A DNA stretch of 64,000 bases, taken from Lingula anatina (Eukaryota > Animalia > Brachiopoda). The notes below the pieces were generated by a model that was given only the letters and a program-made list of their open reading frames with translations, ran no database searches and was not told the origin of the DNA. This document shows positions 53,101-64,000 of this stretch, piece after piece. Within the stretch, counting starts at the first letter, position 1; every line of letters begins with the position of its first letter. The position numbers and the translations under genes were made by a program. The stretch spans positions 47,932,401-47,996,400 of the forward strand of contig CM120641.1 of assembly GCA_051362555.1 (NCBI GenBank), given 5' to 3'.

Positions 53101-53943
53101 ACTTGTGTTTTCTTGTATTGAAAAAGGCCAGAAAAAAGTTTGGAATTTTAATTTTTTTTCTCTCTTTAAAACCAACGTTTTTGTAGAAAAGTGGAGAGAC
53201 ACAGCTCCGTTTTGGGTGAAAAGGGGACGACTTTGGCCCTTGGATTCCCGTTTTTTTATTTATGTTAAACTAAACGAAAACCATTAGTCAAAAACATTAG
53301 TCAAAGTCAAACAAACCACTGTTTCTCCCTGAATAGCCACCATTTCTTCCAAAGTCTCTTGACACACCTTCTAAATGGCAACATAGAGCGTGCTCGGCTT
53401 GAGGTCGGCCTAGCGTTCTTCTCTGTGATCTTCTCCCTGTTTTTACGAAGGTTGATGCGGTATTCGCGGCGACTACGGACATGGAGCCGTACATGAACAA
53501 CGGCATCAAACAGATCACCAGCTCCACCCACAGCTGTATGGTAGCCGGCAACGCCATGATGACCCGCAAGGACAATGATTTACCCTCCAAGTGGAACGCG
53601 GGCTTCAGCAAACTGGTCTCCAGCGGGAAGTTTAAGAAACTTTGCGACAAGGCAAATAATGACCACTGTAAGTTAATGCGTCAAGACGTAATTTTTAAAG
53701 GGATTTTTTAAAACGTCACTGTAGTTCGTTCGAATGAATTAAATGAATCAACCGCTTTCATTGACCCCATTTAGAATAGGGGACTAACTAGTCCCACGGA
53801 TTAGACGGCAAGCTATGTTGTGGGTCGCCATATTTGACCCTCGGACTAGTTAGTCCCCTATTCTAAATGGGGCCATTGTCATTAAACTGACCGTATTCTT
53901 TATTCCAGCTCACCGCGGGCAAGTAAACTGTGTTACCGCTTAA
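50107..53943 (+). CDS. SBP-family-3-like paralog 6, type II membrane-anchored, with two alternative first coding exons (~338/345 aa)
   Basis: Exon A 50107-50185 (MEEGGAKVERSDSTVNLTIPRPRSQE) or exon B 50294-50351 (MQSTGKFEVMEGGASTQAP). Then 50955-51216, 51637-51686, 51954-52049, 52351-52518, 52877-53007, 53451-53667, 53909-53943 (SHRGQVNCVTA*). Confidence 0.88.
53763..53874. mobile_element. 112-bp MITE with ~31-bp TIRs and a 3-bp ATT TSD (Harbinger-like) in the last intron of paralog 6
   Basis: att|gaccccatttagaataggggactaactagtcc ... ggactagttagtcccctattctaaatggggcc|att. Confidence 0.8.
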
Positions 53944-54787
53944 CCACCCACGACTGAAGAATTATCATGTCGAAGAACCCCGGTCGACCTAGAAATTCAA
54001 GATTATACCGTTATCCATGTCGTTATGACATATGCCTCGACGTCATTTCAGAGTTTTACCCTATACATTATAACGTTACAGTAAACGGAAAATAGAGGTT
54101 TATAATACTCGAGACTCTGATAGTATGTTGAACAGGCCCAGCTCTTGATACGTACATGTATATACGGATGGAAGAACAGTGTTTTTACACATCGGATGTC
54201 GGATAAAACGGGAACTTTCAGTTAATACGAGTGTGTATTTCTCTTCACCTACTGGATATGTTTACATAAATGCACGGTATATAAATAGATAGTTTTGTAC
54301 TTAAAGAGATGTATTTAAAAGGTATATTTTACATATTCATTTTACTCTCTACAGAGTGTTATCTAGAAACTTTTTTGCAAAGATTCATCATTCCAAATGT
54401 TAATTAATGTTTTACTCTATTATTTTGTCTCATAATTTGGTCACGTACTAAGAACAAGTTTCCTCAGACTTATAGATGTCTGCTCTCGGGGAACAAAGGA
54501 CTGAAAACATAAAGCAAGTGACTTGGGTATTTATCTGCAGAGAATGATTTTCGGAACGCTATTTCTCGGAATTGATTAATAAAACTGCCAATATATTATC
54601 TTACCATCGTGCCATGAGACCTTTATTTTAACTTTCTAAGAAATTTTTATTGTGATTTTATCGCAGCATATTAATAACAAAATGATGGTTAAAGTCATGC
54701 AGTGTAAAATTTCTCCGCGAAAAACTCGTGCTTGCCGATTTAATCAGGGACCAGCAGTAATTTTCTCCGACTAATCCCTCTATTCCT

Positions 54788-55133
54788 CACCGACTACGAA
54801 TTCCACGAACCGCCAGGAATTGATATATTTTAGAAATCGTGAGGAATCGTGGAATTTTGCACATTTCTGGTGGAAAACTTGTCCCTGCTAGGGCTTCAAT
54901 TTCAAAAAGGATGTTCAACTAATATAGTACTGCCCCTTGAGCTGGAGTATGCACATCAACTGGTGATAATAGAAGACTGGTTCGAAATCTTTTTGCCGAT
55001 TCCACGATCTCTAAAGAATTGGGAGAACTGATTGAGAATAAATAAAAATCAGTTAAGAGCTTAAGGAAATTATCACGATTTAACTAAGAACCCTGGGATT
55101 TATCTTAGCGGTTCGTGGAATTCGTAGTCGGTG
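54788..55133. mobile_element. MITE-like element bounded by a 26-bp inverted repeat
   Basis: caccgactacgaattccacgaaccgc (54788-54813) pairs with gcggttcgtggaattcgtagtcggtg (55108-55133). Confidence 0.6.
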
Positions 55134-56297
55134 TAAAATGGGGCCATAACCGACCTTTGCTCCTCCCTTCCTGACACTTTCTATATCTCTGCAGCAAACC
55201 TGGAACATTAAAGGGTCTTCATCCCAAGAATAAGCAATGTTTTTTTCCCTTCGAACCCAGTTTTTGTAAAGGCTTCCTGAGCAAGAGAACTCAGCGAGGT
55301 CAAAGTAGCGGGTAAAAGAAAGGTTTGTACTAGCGACGCAAATTTGTTTGGTGGGTCCTAGATTTGTGCAAGATATTGAGAAACTGCGTCTTGCCAAGAT
55401 TTTTTTTTCTATTATCCAATAAAGAAGAAAAACGGTTATGAAGATTGAGTAGTGAAGCATGGTGCGACGGATATTGAAAAAAGGCTGATATCCGGTGTTT
55501 GAAGTCAAGCTGACCTGACTAGTTGTGGTACAAATATAACTGAGCATATGATAAACTCACGTTAAATGACATCTTTTATAAGGTATATCACTTATATGGG
55601 ATTAGTCAAATGCGGTTGCACTAAATCGGCTTTTAACATTTGGAAAAGCTCATCTAGAAAGATAATTATTTATATCACGGGATGTTACCTGGCATTATGG
55701 CTTTAGCGTCGTGACTGGATTTATAGAAAATATAGAACAAAAGAAAAATCCGAAGGAACAGTCTGTCACGATGTTGTCGCCAAGAACATGCTCTTAAAAT
55801 GTCACTGAAGGAGTTTCACATCTATACTGTGTGTTGTACAGCAGTCTAATAACTTGAGTAAATTGCATCACGCTTTGCTTATCATGTTGTCACTTTCTCT
55901 TTGTCACGGCTGACTATTCTATCTAAATTGTAGCTCACATAAGGATCTTTACATAGACCTAAACTCCAGATACCATAAAATAATTCGAGATAGAAAATTG
56001 CCCTTAACATAATGACCGAAATTTTAGTGTATTTGTCAGAAAAGAATTTCATCAGCTGTGTTATGTACTAAAAAGAAAGCAGTGATTTTTTTTACATTCG
56101 ACAGCTAGTATTGAAGTTTTTTACCTTCAGTAATACGAGTCTGTCTAAACCAAACCATCTTCATCGGGGAATGAAAATACACTGACAGTCTATTTAACAT
56201 AGATAGGCCTATAGCAGTAGTCCAATTAGATAACCATTGCACTTATTTCATAACGAGAAAGTCACTTTTTAATGTCCCAGACTCCTACTTTAGGCAA

Positions 56298-56543
56298 GGG
56301 CTCATTCCCAATAGCACTATCGTTCTACCTAGATCGATCCAACTCCGCGGGGACTCTCGCTGAATGCAATCAGATTAACAGCTCGACACACCTCTTCCTG
56401 GCGTTGAATAGAATACGGAAAAGTTGGAGATTTTACGAAACAAGAGGAGGGGTGTTAATTTGTTTATCTGGCTGCATTCAAGAAGAGTCCCCGTGGAATA
56501 AGATCGACCCACGTAGATCGGTATTTACATTGGGAAAGGGCCC
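56298..56543. mobile_element. PIF/Harbinger-like MITE (CAA TSD)
   Basis: caa|gggctcattcccaat...agatcgatccaactccgcgggg ... ttgggaaagggccc|caa. Same family as 27011-27277. Confidence 0.7.
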
Positions 56544-58747
56544 CAAGTGGACATTTTTTGTACGAAGTAGATCAAATTATTGGTCAAAAAGTCAAGACCA
56601 AATTTTCGGGCAGTCCTAATGAAGACTGTAAAATCTCTTTTCAAAATGAAGACAAGTGACGGAGAGAATTATTCTGAAAGTATGAAAAGGTGAAAAAATC
56701 GACTTCATGGAGAAGACTACAACAACAAGAGTTTGTAGTTTGGGAAGTTGAACTGTACCGAAGTCATACTGTCGTGACAAATGGCAGTAGAACGTTGTAG
56801 CGTCTTGGGCAGCCGCGAGAAGATTTTTTTCGAAATACTTTCACGGATGAAATGAAGGAATTAAAAGGTGCCTATTATCCTTTTAAACAATATACATATT
56901 AAAGTTGAAAAAACTTTAAACCAAACGACATAGACCAGTCACATTGTTTAGCTTGAGATGTATTTTTAAGGCACACATTTGAGCGTTAGACCTAGAACAA
57001 TTTCCCTCTTATGTCAAGATCTTTTAAATACTGCATAGACAAACCCTGGATCTCAAACTCTTTTTCGAGAGAGAGAGAGAGAGAGAGAGAGGAGGTGGAA
57101 AACGCATCTTAACATCTAGTAATTCTTTATATTTTATCTGTCTAGGCATTTAATAATGTTATTAGTGCTAGGAACTGGATCAAGTGCTATAGAAAGACAA
57201 ATTAGTGGGCATACAATTACCGGAACAGTAATCACTCGCCGTTCTTCCTGTGTGACCGCAGTTAGCGCGTGGTGCCTGGAGTTAAAGCTGTCACGTAGTC
57301 TATAACGTGGCCCTCTATCGTTTCAAACCATTTCCATTTTCGCGAGTGTAAATTCTGTTTGTAGGTTTTGCGAAAAGAAGTAGGAATTGATAAATATCGA
57401 AGAACGTTAACGACAGTAAATGTGCCGAATATGCGTAAGCCGTCAGTAAAAAAACAGAACTCTTAGAACAATTAAAACCTTTTAACCAATAGGAAGGCCT
57501 ATAATGTCAGTAATAAGGCTAAATTGACCTTGGCGTTTTTGAAGGGCTTGGCTTGGTTGTGTACAAGTACTAGCTCGCGCTCTTCTAGCTTCCCTATGAT
57601 AGTAAAGACCAATGTCGTCAATTTGAGTGCTTCTATTGGCTGGTCAACTCACCACATTGACGGGAAAAAAAGAGTTCCAGTCTTCATGTTCAAACCATGG
57701 CATATTGGCAAAGAATATGATATAAAGTTAGCCCCAAAAGTAACTTAGGGGCATTTGGAATTTATAACACTCCCAATATTACACACACAAATATTGAAAG
57801 GCATGATGATAGGTATTTTCTGGTCAGACCTTATAGACTAACGTTTCCGTTCACGATTTTTTTAAAACTTGACGTAAGTGCAGAGATGTGCGTGTAGCGT
57901 GACATGCGCTCGGATACCGTAAACCAATTTTCCTGTCACCTAATTACAGATATTTTAATTGTAATTATGTCCAATCCCTTCTTTGCGGCATCAAAAAAAT
58001 TGATTAGCAGACTAGCAAATTGGAAAACTTCAGCTCGACTTTCTTTCCAACTAATTACCACTGATGCCATCGCTGTTGGCCGTGTCATATTACTGTGAAA
58101 ACAGTCGCTGATATTTTGCATGTGGCGTGGGGTTTTGTCGTGCAAATTTCGGTTAATTTCCTACAGAATCTCTAGAGCTTAAGTAATACATTTTTCACGG
58201 ATTTGCTGATCTCGGCGGTGTTTGCTGAAACATTAACAAGTTTGCGTGCAAACGACAAGAACAGATACAAAAATCACGAATCGCATAAGTTGGCAAATGT
58301 TTAGATATAATTTGATCATGGTTAGAGTCAAGGACCACTTTGTAAAGGTTTAACGGGGGGTAACCGGGTAGGGTTTTTTACTTGAATAAAATCTGATACA
58401 CGTGTTCCGTTCTTCTGTGGTGTCAATTACAGTAACGGGTTTATAACATTCTATAACAAGTGGAACTGTCAGAAAAGAAGCGCCGTGGTTGAGGACATGG
58501 TGAATATGTATAGAATGGAGGGAATGTGATCTGTACGCCACCCAGAACCAAGTTAGTATAAAAGCAGCCATAAACCTACCATCCTGGCTCTCCTGTCAGT
58601 AATTCCCTGTGATAATCCTCTGTGATAATATACAAAATATTCACAAGAACACAAAGAAATTAAAATTCTGCTCACAAATATCCGCGAAAACTAGCTATAA
58701 ATTACTGGTTCTATTATTATACACTGAGTAAGAATATAAACGTCCCA

Positions 58748-58749
<2 letters not shown>

Positions 58750-58823
<74 letters not shown>
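58750..58823. repeat. (TA)n microsatellite
   Basis: Direct reading. Confidence 0.95.
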
Positions 58824-58827
<4 letters not shown>

Positions 58828-59883
58828 GCCTAATATATATATATATATTAGGCTACGGACAGCATGGACAGTAATACCGACACTGAACCACAACATTCAT
58901 TTTGTATGATTTATTACATATATAACCCGTAATTCTGATAATTTTTTAAAGTATTTTAAAGTATTGTGTGGGACCTTTATGTTTTCGTTCTGTACAAGCC
59001 AGTGCTACTGCTATGCTCCGTTCGTCACGTAACGCCAGTATCCTACCTGCCAAGCCTGACATGTTACGCTTTGTGTGTATCTCTATCAAATAATTGCTTT
59101 GTGTTGAAATGTCAGGAGGTTCAAAACACACAGAACATTTACTGGATGCACGACTTTTTTATACTTAGTGCACCCACGACTTCACATTTTGTTGCTTCTT
59201 ATATTAGCAAAAATAGTTCCGAGTCGGCGTGTCGCCATATGCCGAAAATTGTTTTTGTCCATTAAATTTTTTTCTGACTCTTCGAATATTTCCATCTTGG
59301 TTCACCATCTTGGTATATGTTTAATGCAGCACAGTTTGCACAACCAATAATAATCTTGCTCTTTCTGCAGCCGTCACGGTCTGAAGCTTCATGAAGCTTC
59401 TACCAGGGCCACAGATTGATTTTTCTCTAGATAGTCAAAGATGTCTCTGGCTAATTCGTGACATTTTCTTCCACTTTTCTGTGGCCAGATGGAATGTGTG
59501 CATGGCATTAATGTCATCTCTCTGGCCTCAAGTAAAAGTAGATTGGATAAAAATGCAACTGTATCCATTTTACTTTCTCTACAGCATTTAACATTAAGGA
59601 TTTTGAAATATCAAAGCATCAACCGCAATTGAAGAAACAGATTCTATTTTCTCATATTTTTTATTGAATTGATCAACCAAGGTGCGCACGGTACACAATG
59701 TCTCCAGCATACAACACAACGAAGAAAACACTATATTTGACACTACTTTATTTACGATACAATTTATACCGAACCTTGGGGTTTTTTATCACGCGGTACA
59801 GTGCATCAAAACACAGACTTGTATAATTTTCACGTGTGTAGAACAGGAGGTCACTGGCCTATCCTATGCATAAAGGTTAAGAT

Positions 59884-60155
59884 CAGGCCCTCATAAGCAA
59901 TAAATTGCAGTTAGTGATCTCGAACCGCGGGTTTGTGATCGCGAACGCTGAATTAACAACTCAAACTGAAATTTCATAGCGCTAACGCAAAATTGACGCC
60001 AGCATAACGAGAAAGTGAGCTGACTGCGATTCGCAAAGTACATTGCGATGCTCGCGACAAGTATTTTTACGCAGCTCAAATCGTTAATTCGGCGTTCGCT
60101 ATCACAAACTGGCAGTTCGATATCACAAACTGAAATTTATCCTTTAAGAGGACTG
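59884..60155. mobile_element. MITE with ~70-bp imperfect TIRs and CAG...CTG termini
   Basis: caggccctcataagcaataaattgcagttagtgatctcgaac... pairs with ...gttcgatatcacaaactgaaatttatcctttaagaggactg. Flanks are aagat/aagct. Confidence 0.65.
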
Positions 60156-60354
60156 AAGCTGGAATTGCCATTAAACTCATAATGAAGGTTACTTTAGAAA
60201 CGGGGATCACTTTACGTTCAGGTATACATGTATCATAAGGCCTCCGTATGAATGGTCCCCAACACAGAACGACATAATAGCACTGTGCACAGCAGTCTGT
60301 ACGCCAAGACCGTACAACACGGCCTTTCATTCCGTTATATGCATCTCACTATAA

Positions 60355-60609
60355 GGGACCATTCCCAGACCCTATCGTACTAACTGTGGATCGATCTATC
60401 TCCAAGGGGATTCTCGCTAAATTGCAAACAACTTAACCGGCTTAGATGTCTGTTACGCCTACTTAAGCTGATAGGGGGTAATCAATTATCATTTAGCAGC
60501 TTCAGTAGGCGTGCCAGACATAAGCCGCTTGAACTGAAAGCAATTTAGCAAGAAACCCCTTGGAGATCGATCGATCCTGTTAGATCGAACTAGGTATGGG
60601 AACGCAGTC
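60355..60609. mobile_element. PIF/Harbinger-like MITE (TAA TSD), diverged relative of the 27011/56298 family
   Basis: taa|gggaccattccca...ggatcgatctatctccaagggg ... cccttggagatcgatcgatcc...tgggaacgcagtc|taa. Confidence 0.6.
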
Positions 60610-61439
60610 TAACACAGGATGACATTCCCTTCAGTAGACTGCTAAGGGTGAGCACAATATAAAAATATATTGGACTATAAATTATAACAATTTATACTAT
60701 ATCTACTTCAATCTCCCTCCAAGTAATCCATATCCTTTCTCAGTTTACTACCATATTTCCTATCTTACACTTATACATAAATTAAGAGACATTTTAAGTG
60801 AAAGACAAAAGCAAGAGAGACAGAAAACAACTGAAATGAACAACAGAGATGAAGGGAATAGATCTTACAAAACATCACTTTTCACTGTTATAAAAACTTA
60901 TTCGACACTTTCCCATATTTATGGACATGGACACGTTAATTGTTGTCTTCTGAACATCGGGGGGAGGGGGGAGGGGGGTTTAGTTTCAGACTGTAAGGCA
61001 CCAGCCACAAGGAGACACCAAACGGCCTCAAGACATCCCTACTCACTGCTACTCTCTGACCACAGGGTTTGCTAGCAGTCTGTTACAAAACTTCCTACAT
61101 ATTTTACAGATTCCCGTCATGTCAGAGTCTAAAATAGTGCTGGGATGCTGGGATTACCTTTCAATTGACCTTTTTTTGAATGATCTAATACTGGAGAAAA
61201 ATCTATTGTAGCTAAAATAACAAGATAGTTATTTCCAATTTTGCTACATTGTAATTTGCTTCAGCTTATTTTGTCTTCCATTTATCTGTAGCAAATTAAA
61301 TGGTGAATAAGCCCTGTACCTGCTGGAGAAAAAACACCTTCGCTTGCATGACAAGGCTACAGTATGGATTTGCCTGACAACTGAATGTGGTCTGCATTTG
61401 AGAACAATTATTTTGAAAACTTCCTGTGTAAACAGATTA

Positions 61440-62045
61440 TCATTTACCCGCCGATTTAGATTTCAGTCTCATTAGATCATGCAGTGCCTGTAACACTTTG
61501 GAATTATCAGTATTGTTTAAAATGTTCCGCACCAAGTCGGAGGTTTCCTTTTGTAACATCACAATTTCTCTTTGGATAAGTGTGTTCTGTTTTATAAGTT
61601 CAGCTGTTTTCATGGTGACGTCCATGAGGCCAGATTTCTGGAGAGCTTCTGCAGTCCTCACAAACCTCTTCCACTTGCCATGCTGTTGTCTCTCTGAGCT
61701 TCCTCCGCTAGAAACATCGCTTGACGTCAAGTCTAGCTGACCACAAGGCTTTTTGTTCATAGTGCCACAAAAAACACCACTGTCATCTGTTCCTGAACTG
61801 GTTTTCAAAGTCTCATATTTTGCTTTCTTATTCAAGGGACTACTGACATCCATAGTCCCATTACATTCTTGGCTCACTGCAGTACAGTTGTCTTGCACGC
61901 CACTCCTTCTTCCTTGTACGCTACCCGCCATATTGAAATCAATGGACTCCCCCATCACACCGTTCTGTGCCAAGTTCCAGACCTCCGGGCCTGCCCTCCA
62001 GTTCTCCGCTGCCGCCCAACTTCTCTTCATCACGCTGGCAGAGGA
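61440..62045 (-). CDS. CIPC: Terminal coding exon of a CLOCK-interacting pacemaker (CIPC)-like protein
   Basis: KWKRFVRTAEALQKSGLMDVTMKTAELIKQNTLIQREIVMLQKET matches the conserved C-terminal CIPC domain (RF..T...L.KSGL..IT.KT.ELI.QN...Q.E...L..QT). Acceptor ttcgttccag precedes 62045, with an in-frame ATG at 62030 and stop at 61440. Confidence 0.8.
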   Translation of the reverse strand, partial: SSASVMKRSWAAAENWRAGPEVWNLAQNGVMGESIDFNMAGSVQGRRSGVQDNCTAVSQECNGTMDVSSPLNKKAKYETLKTSSGTDDSGVFCGTMNKKPCGQLDLTSSDVSSGGSSERQQHGKWKRFVRTAEALQKSGLMDVTMKTAELIKQNTLIQREIVMLQKETSDLVRNILNNTDNSKVLQALHDLMRLKSKSAGK

Positions 62046-64000
62046 CTGGAACGAAACACCATCAACAGATAAATACAAAAAATCCTACATATAGCATGAA
62101 CAGATCAACCACAAAAGTAACATATAATTCACTCAGTTTTCAGATTAACCTTATAATATGGAGTTCCTCTTCTAGAATCGTTTTCTACAGTGTACTCCAA
62201 GACACATCAATCAACAATTACACCCAGCGGACTAAAACGATGAACTCCTGATTTTCATATACTAGTAGCTGAAAAAGACACAATTATTTCAATGGATCTG
62301 ACACGGCACTTCTGTCTCACAATCTATTGTATCATTACTGTAACAAGCCAAAGACAGAAGAATGTGTTTGTATTCACTGAAATCTTGTAGAACAGCTTTC
62401 AGTTTCTGTGAAATAAAAATAAAGTCTGTCGCAGTTTTTTCATGCACCCAACAAACGTAAACACTTACGTGCTGAGATGTTATTGGCAATTCACTAAAGA
62501 CACAAATCTGCTTATTTGTAGAAACTATATCTGATCAACCTCCTACTAAACAGCACTAAACAGCTACTAAACTATGGGCACTGAATAGGTGTTTTGGTAT
62601 CTTATGACAAGGTTTTGACATCCCAGGGGGGTCACCATCCATAAATAGTTGTGGTGGTATCAGTCAACGAGGTTTTTACTTCTAGGGAGGAGATCACTAT
62701 CCACAAATAAAACGCTTTTCATATTTTATCAAAACGGGGAAAGTTATAAAAGAAATAATGGGTTGTCACCAAAGCAACTTGAAGAAATGGTGTCATTCAA
62801 TCCTTGCATGTTCATATCACGTAAAAATTCACTTTGCTTGGGAGTATCAATTGAATCATCTAACAATGATGTTGCTAGTGGGATATGACAAAATGCAATA
62901 CAAAACCTGGATGTAAGACAATAACATCATCCACTTTTAGTGCAATTGTTTTTATCCATGTTCAAGATCCATTAATTATGCTTTGTGTGGAATCTGCATT
63001 TTCTCATCTCACAGAAGTGCTGAACCTAGAAATAGGACACCTAGCTAGCTTTATAATGGCATCCTGCTTTTCTGCAAGAACAAATCCTTTTGCTATTAAA
63101 ACTTTGTAAGGAAAAAGGTCTGGACTTTTTCAAATTGGTTTCTATCCACCTCCTTGTCAGGACAAAATGTTTTTTGATAGCTTGCAGGTGAAAATTTTCA
63201 TAAAAACGTAGAAAATAAATAATGTTTATTTTACCACCCAATGACTCCCCTATGATGAAGCTATTTATTTGATATTTGGGTTAGGGTTAGGGTTTAAAGT
63301 CAAGATTTCTTTGGGGGAGTCAGAGTTTTATGTTACAACGGCCTTAATTTTTTTTTTTTTTTTTTTTTTTTGGTGGGGGGGTGGGGCTGCTATTAACACA
63401 TTGCCAGTTATTATGAGAACTGCAACATATTGAGTCACAGAAGACAAAGGTTCAATATTTTCTCTTCTTTTGTGCTGTAATATTTGCCTGAGATTGCATG
63501 ACAGTTAATCTGTCAGTCAGTCTGCACAGACAGTGTTAATGTGTGGGAATGTGCTGCATAGCCACTGCCACTTCCACATAACACGTCAACATGTTACAGC
63601 AAAGGAAACAGCAAATTTAACAACAATAAAGAACAGGTGAAGACTTTCAACATAACAATTTTTTTCATAAGAAATTAGTTTTTTTCACATCTTTATGAAA
63701 AATTACCTTGATATAAAGATGTGGCACACATTTCTCTGAGCCTACTGCCAAGTGCCCCCTCCCTTTAATAATAAATCCACACATGTTCAGCAGAGAAAGA
63801 CTGTAACCACAAATAACTGAGCATCCTCTTTAATATAAGATAAACTGCTGTCTCTCACTCCTCACCTGCATGTAAAAATAGGCATGAAACTGCTGAAATA
63901 CTGTTCCTCCAGTGCCATTATCCATGGTCATTTTCACAGTATTAATGTTATTGTACAATATAGACATCTCTTGCTATTCACCACTGGACCTGTTCACACC

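Noticed and set aside
3496-53943. Bacterial ABC-transporter operon or contaminant contig
   Set aside because: The genes have seven conserved GT-AG introns, no permease or ATPase genes are present, and the flanks carry animal genes and eukaryotic transposons.
3496-53943. Ionotropic glutamate receptor / IR genes
   Set aside because: No M1-P-M3 channel segment lies between the two lobes and there is no M4. Each gene stops directly after the binding domain.
55080-55547. 155-aa ORF on the - strand
   Set aside because: No recognisable motif or exon structure, and it overlaps a MITE end; probably spurious.
63279-63294. ggttagggttagggtt as a telomeric repeat
   Set aside because: Only about 2.5 units; too short to be meaningful.

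Overview
AT-rich, intron-containing animal (invertebrate-type) genomic DNA. The dominant feature is a cluster of six paralogous genes with 8 coding exons each: three on the - strand (3.5-24 kb) and three on the + strand (30.6-54 kb), arranged head-to-head. Manual splicing gives a contiguous stand-alone type 2 periplasmic-binding-protein domain resembling bacterial family-3 amino-acid solute-binding proteins (HisJ/LAO/ArtJ-like), with eight conserved cysteines and no ion-channel segments. The paralogs differ in predicted targeting: four are type II membrane-anchored with a Ser/Gly/Thr stalk, one has a predicted cleavable signal peptide, and one has lost its anchor exon but may be rescued in frame by a 16-nt micro-exon. 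Two copies carry a conserved pair of alternative first coding exons. The cluster is flanked by the first exon of a claudin/PMP22-like gene (left) and the terminal exon of a CIPC-like clock gene (right). Introns and spacers hold MITEs (some nested), LINE remnants and microsatellites. All exon calls and homology assignments were made by eye; no searches were run.
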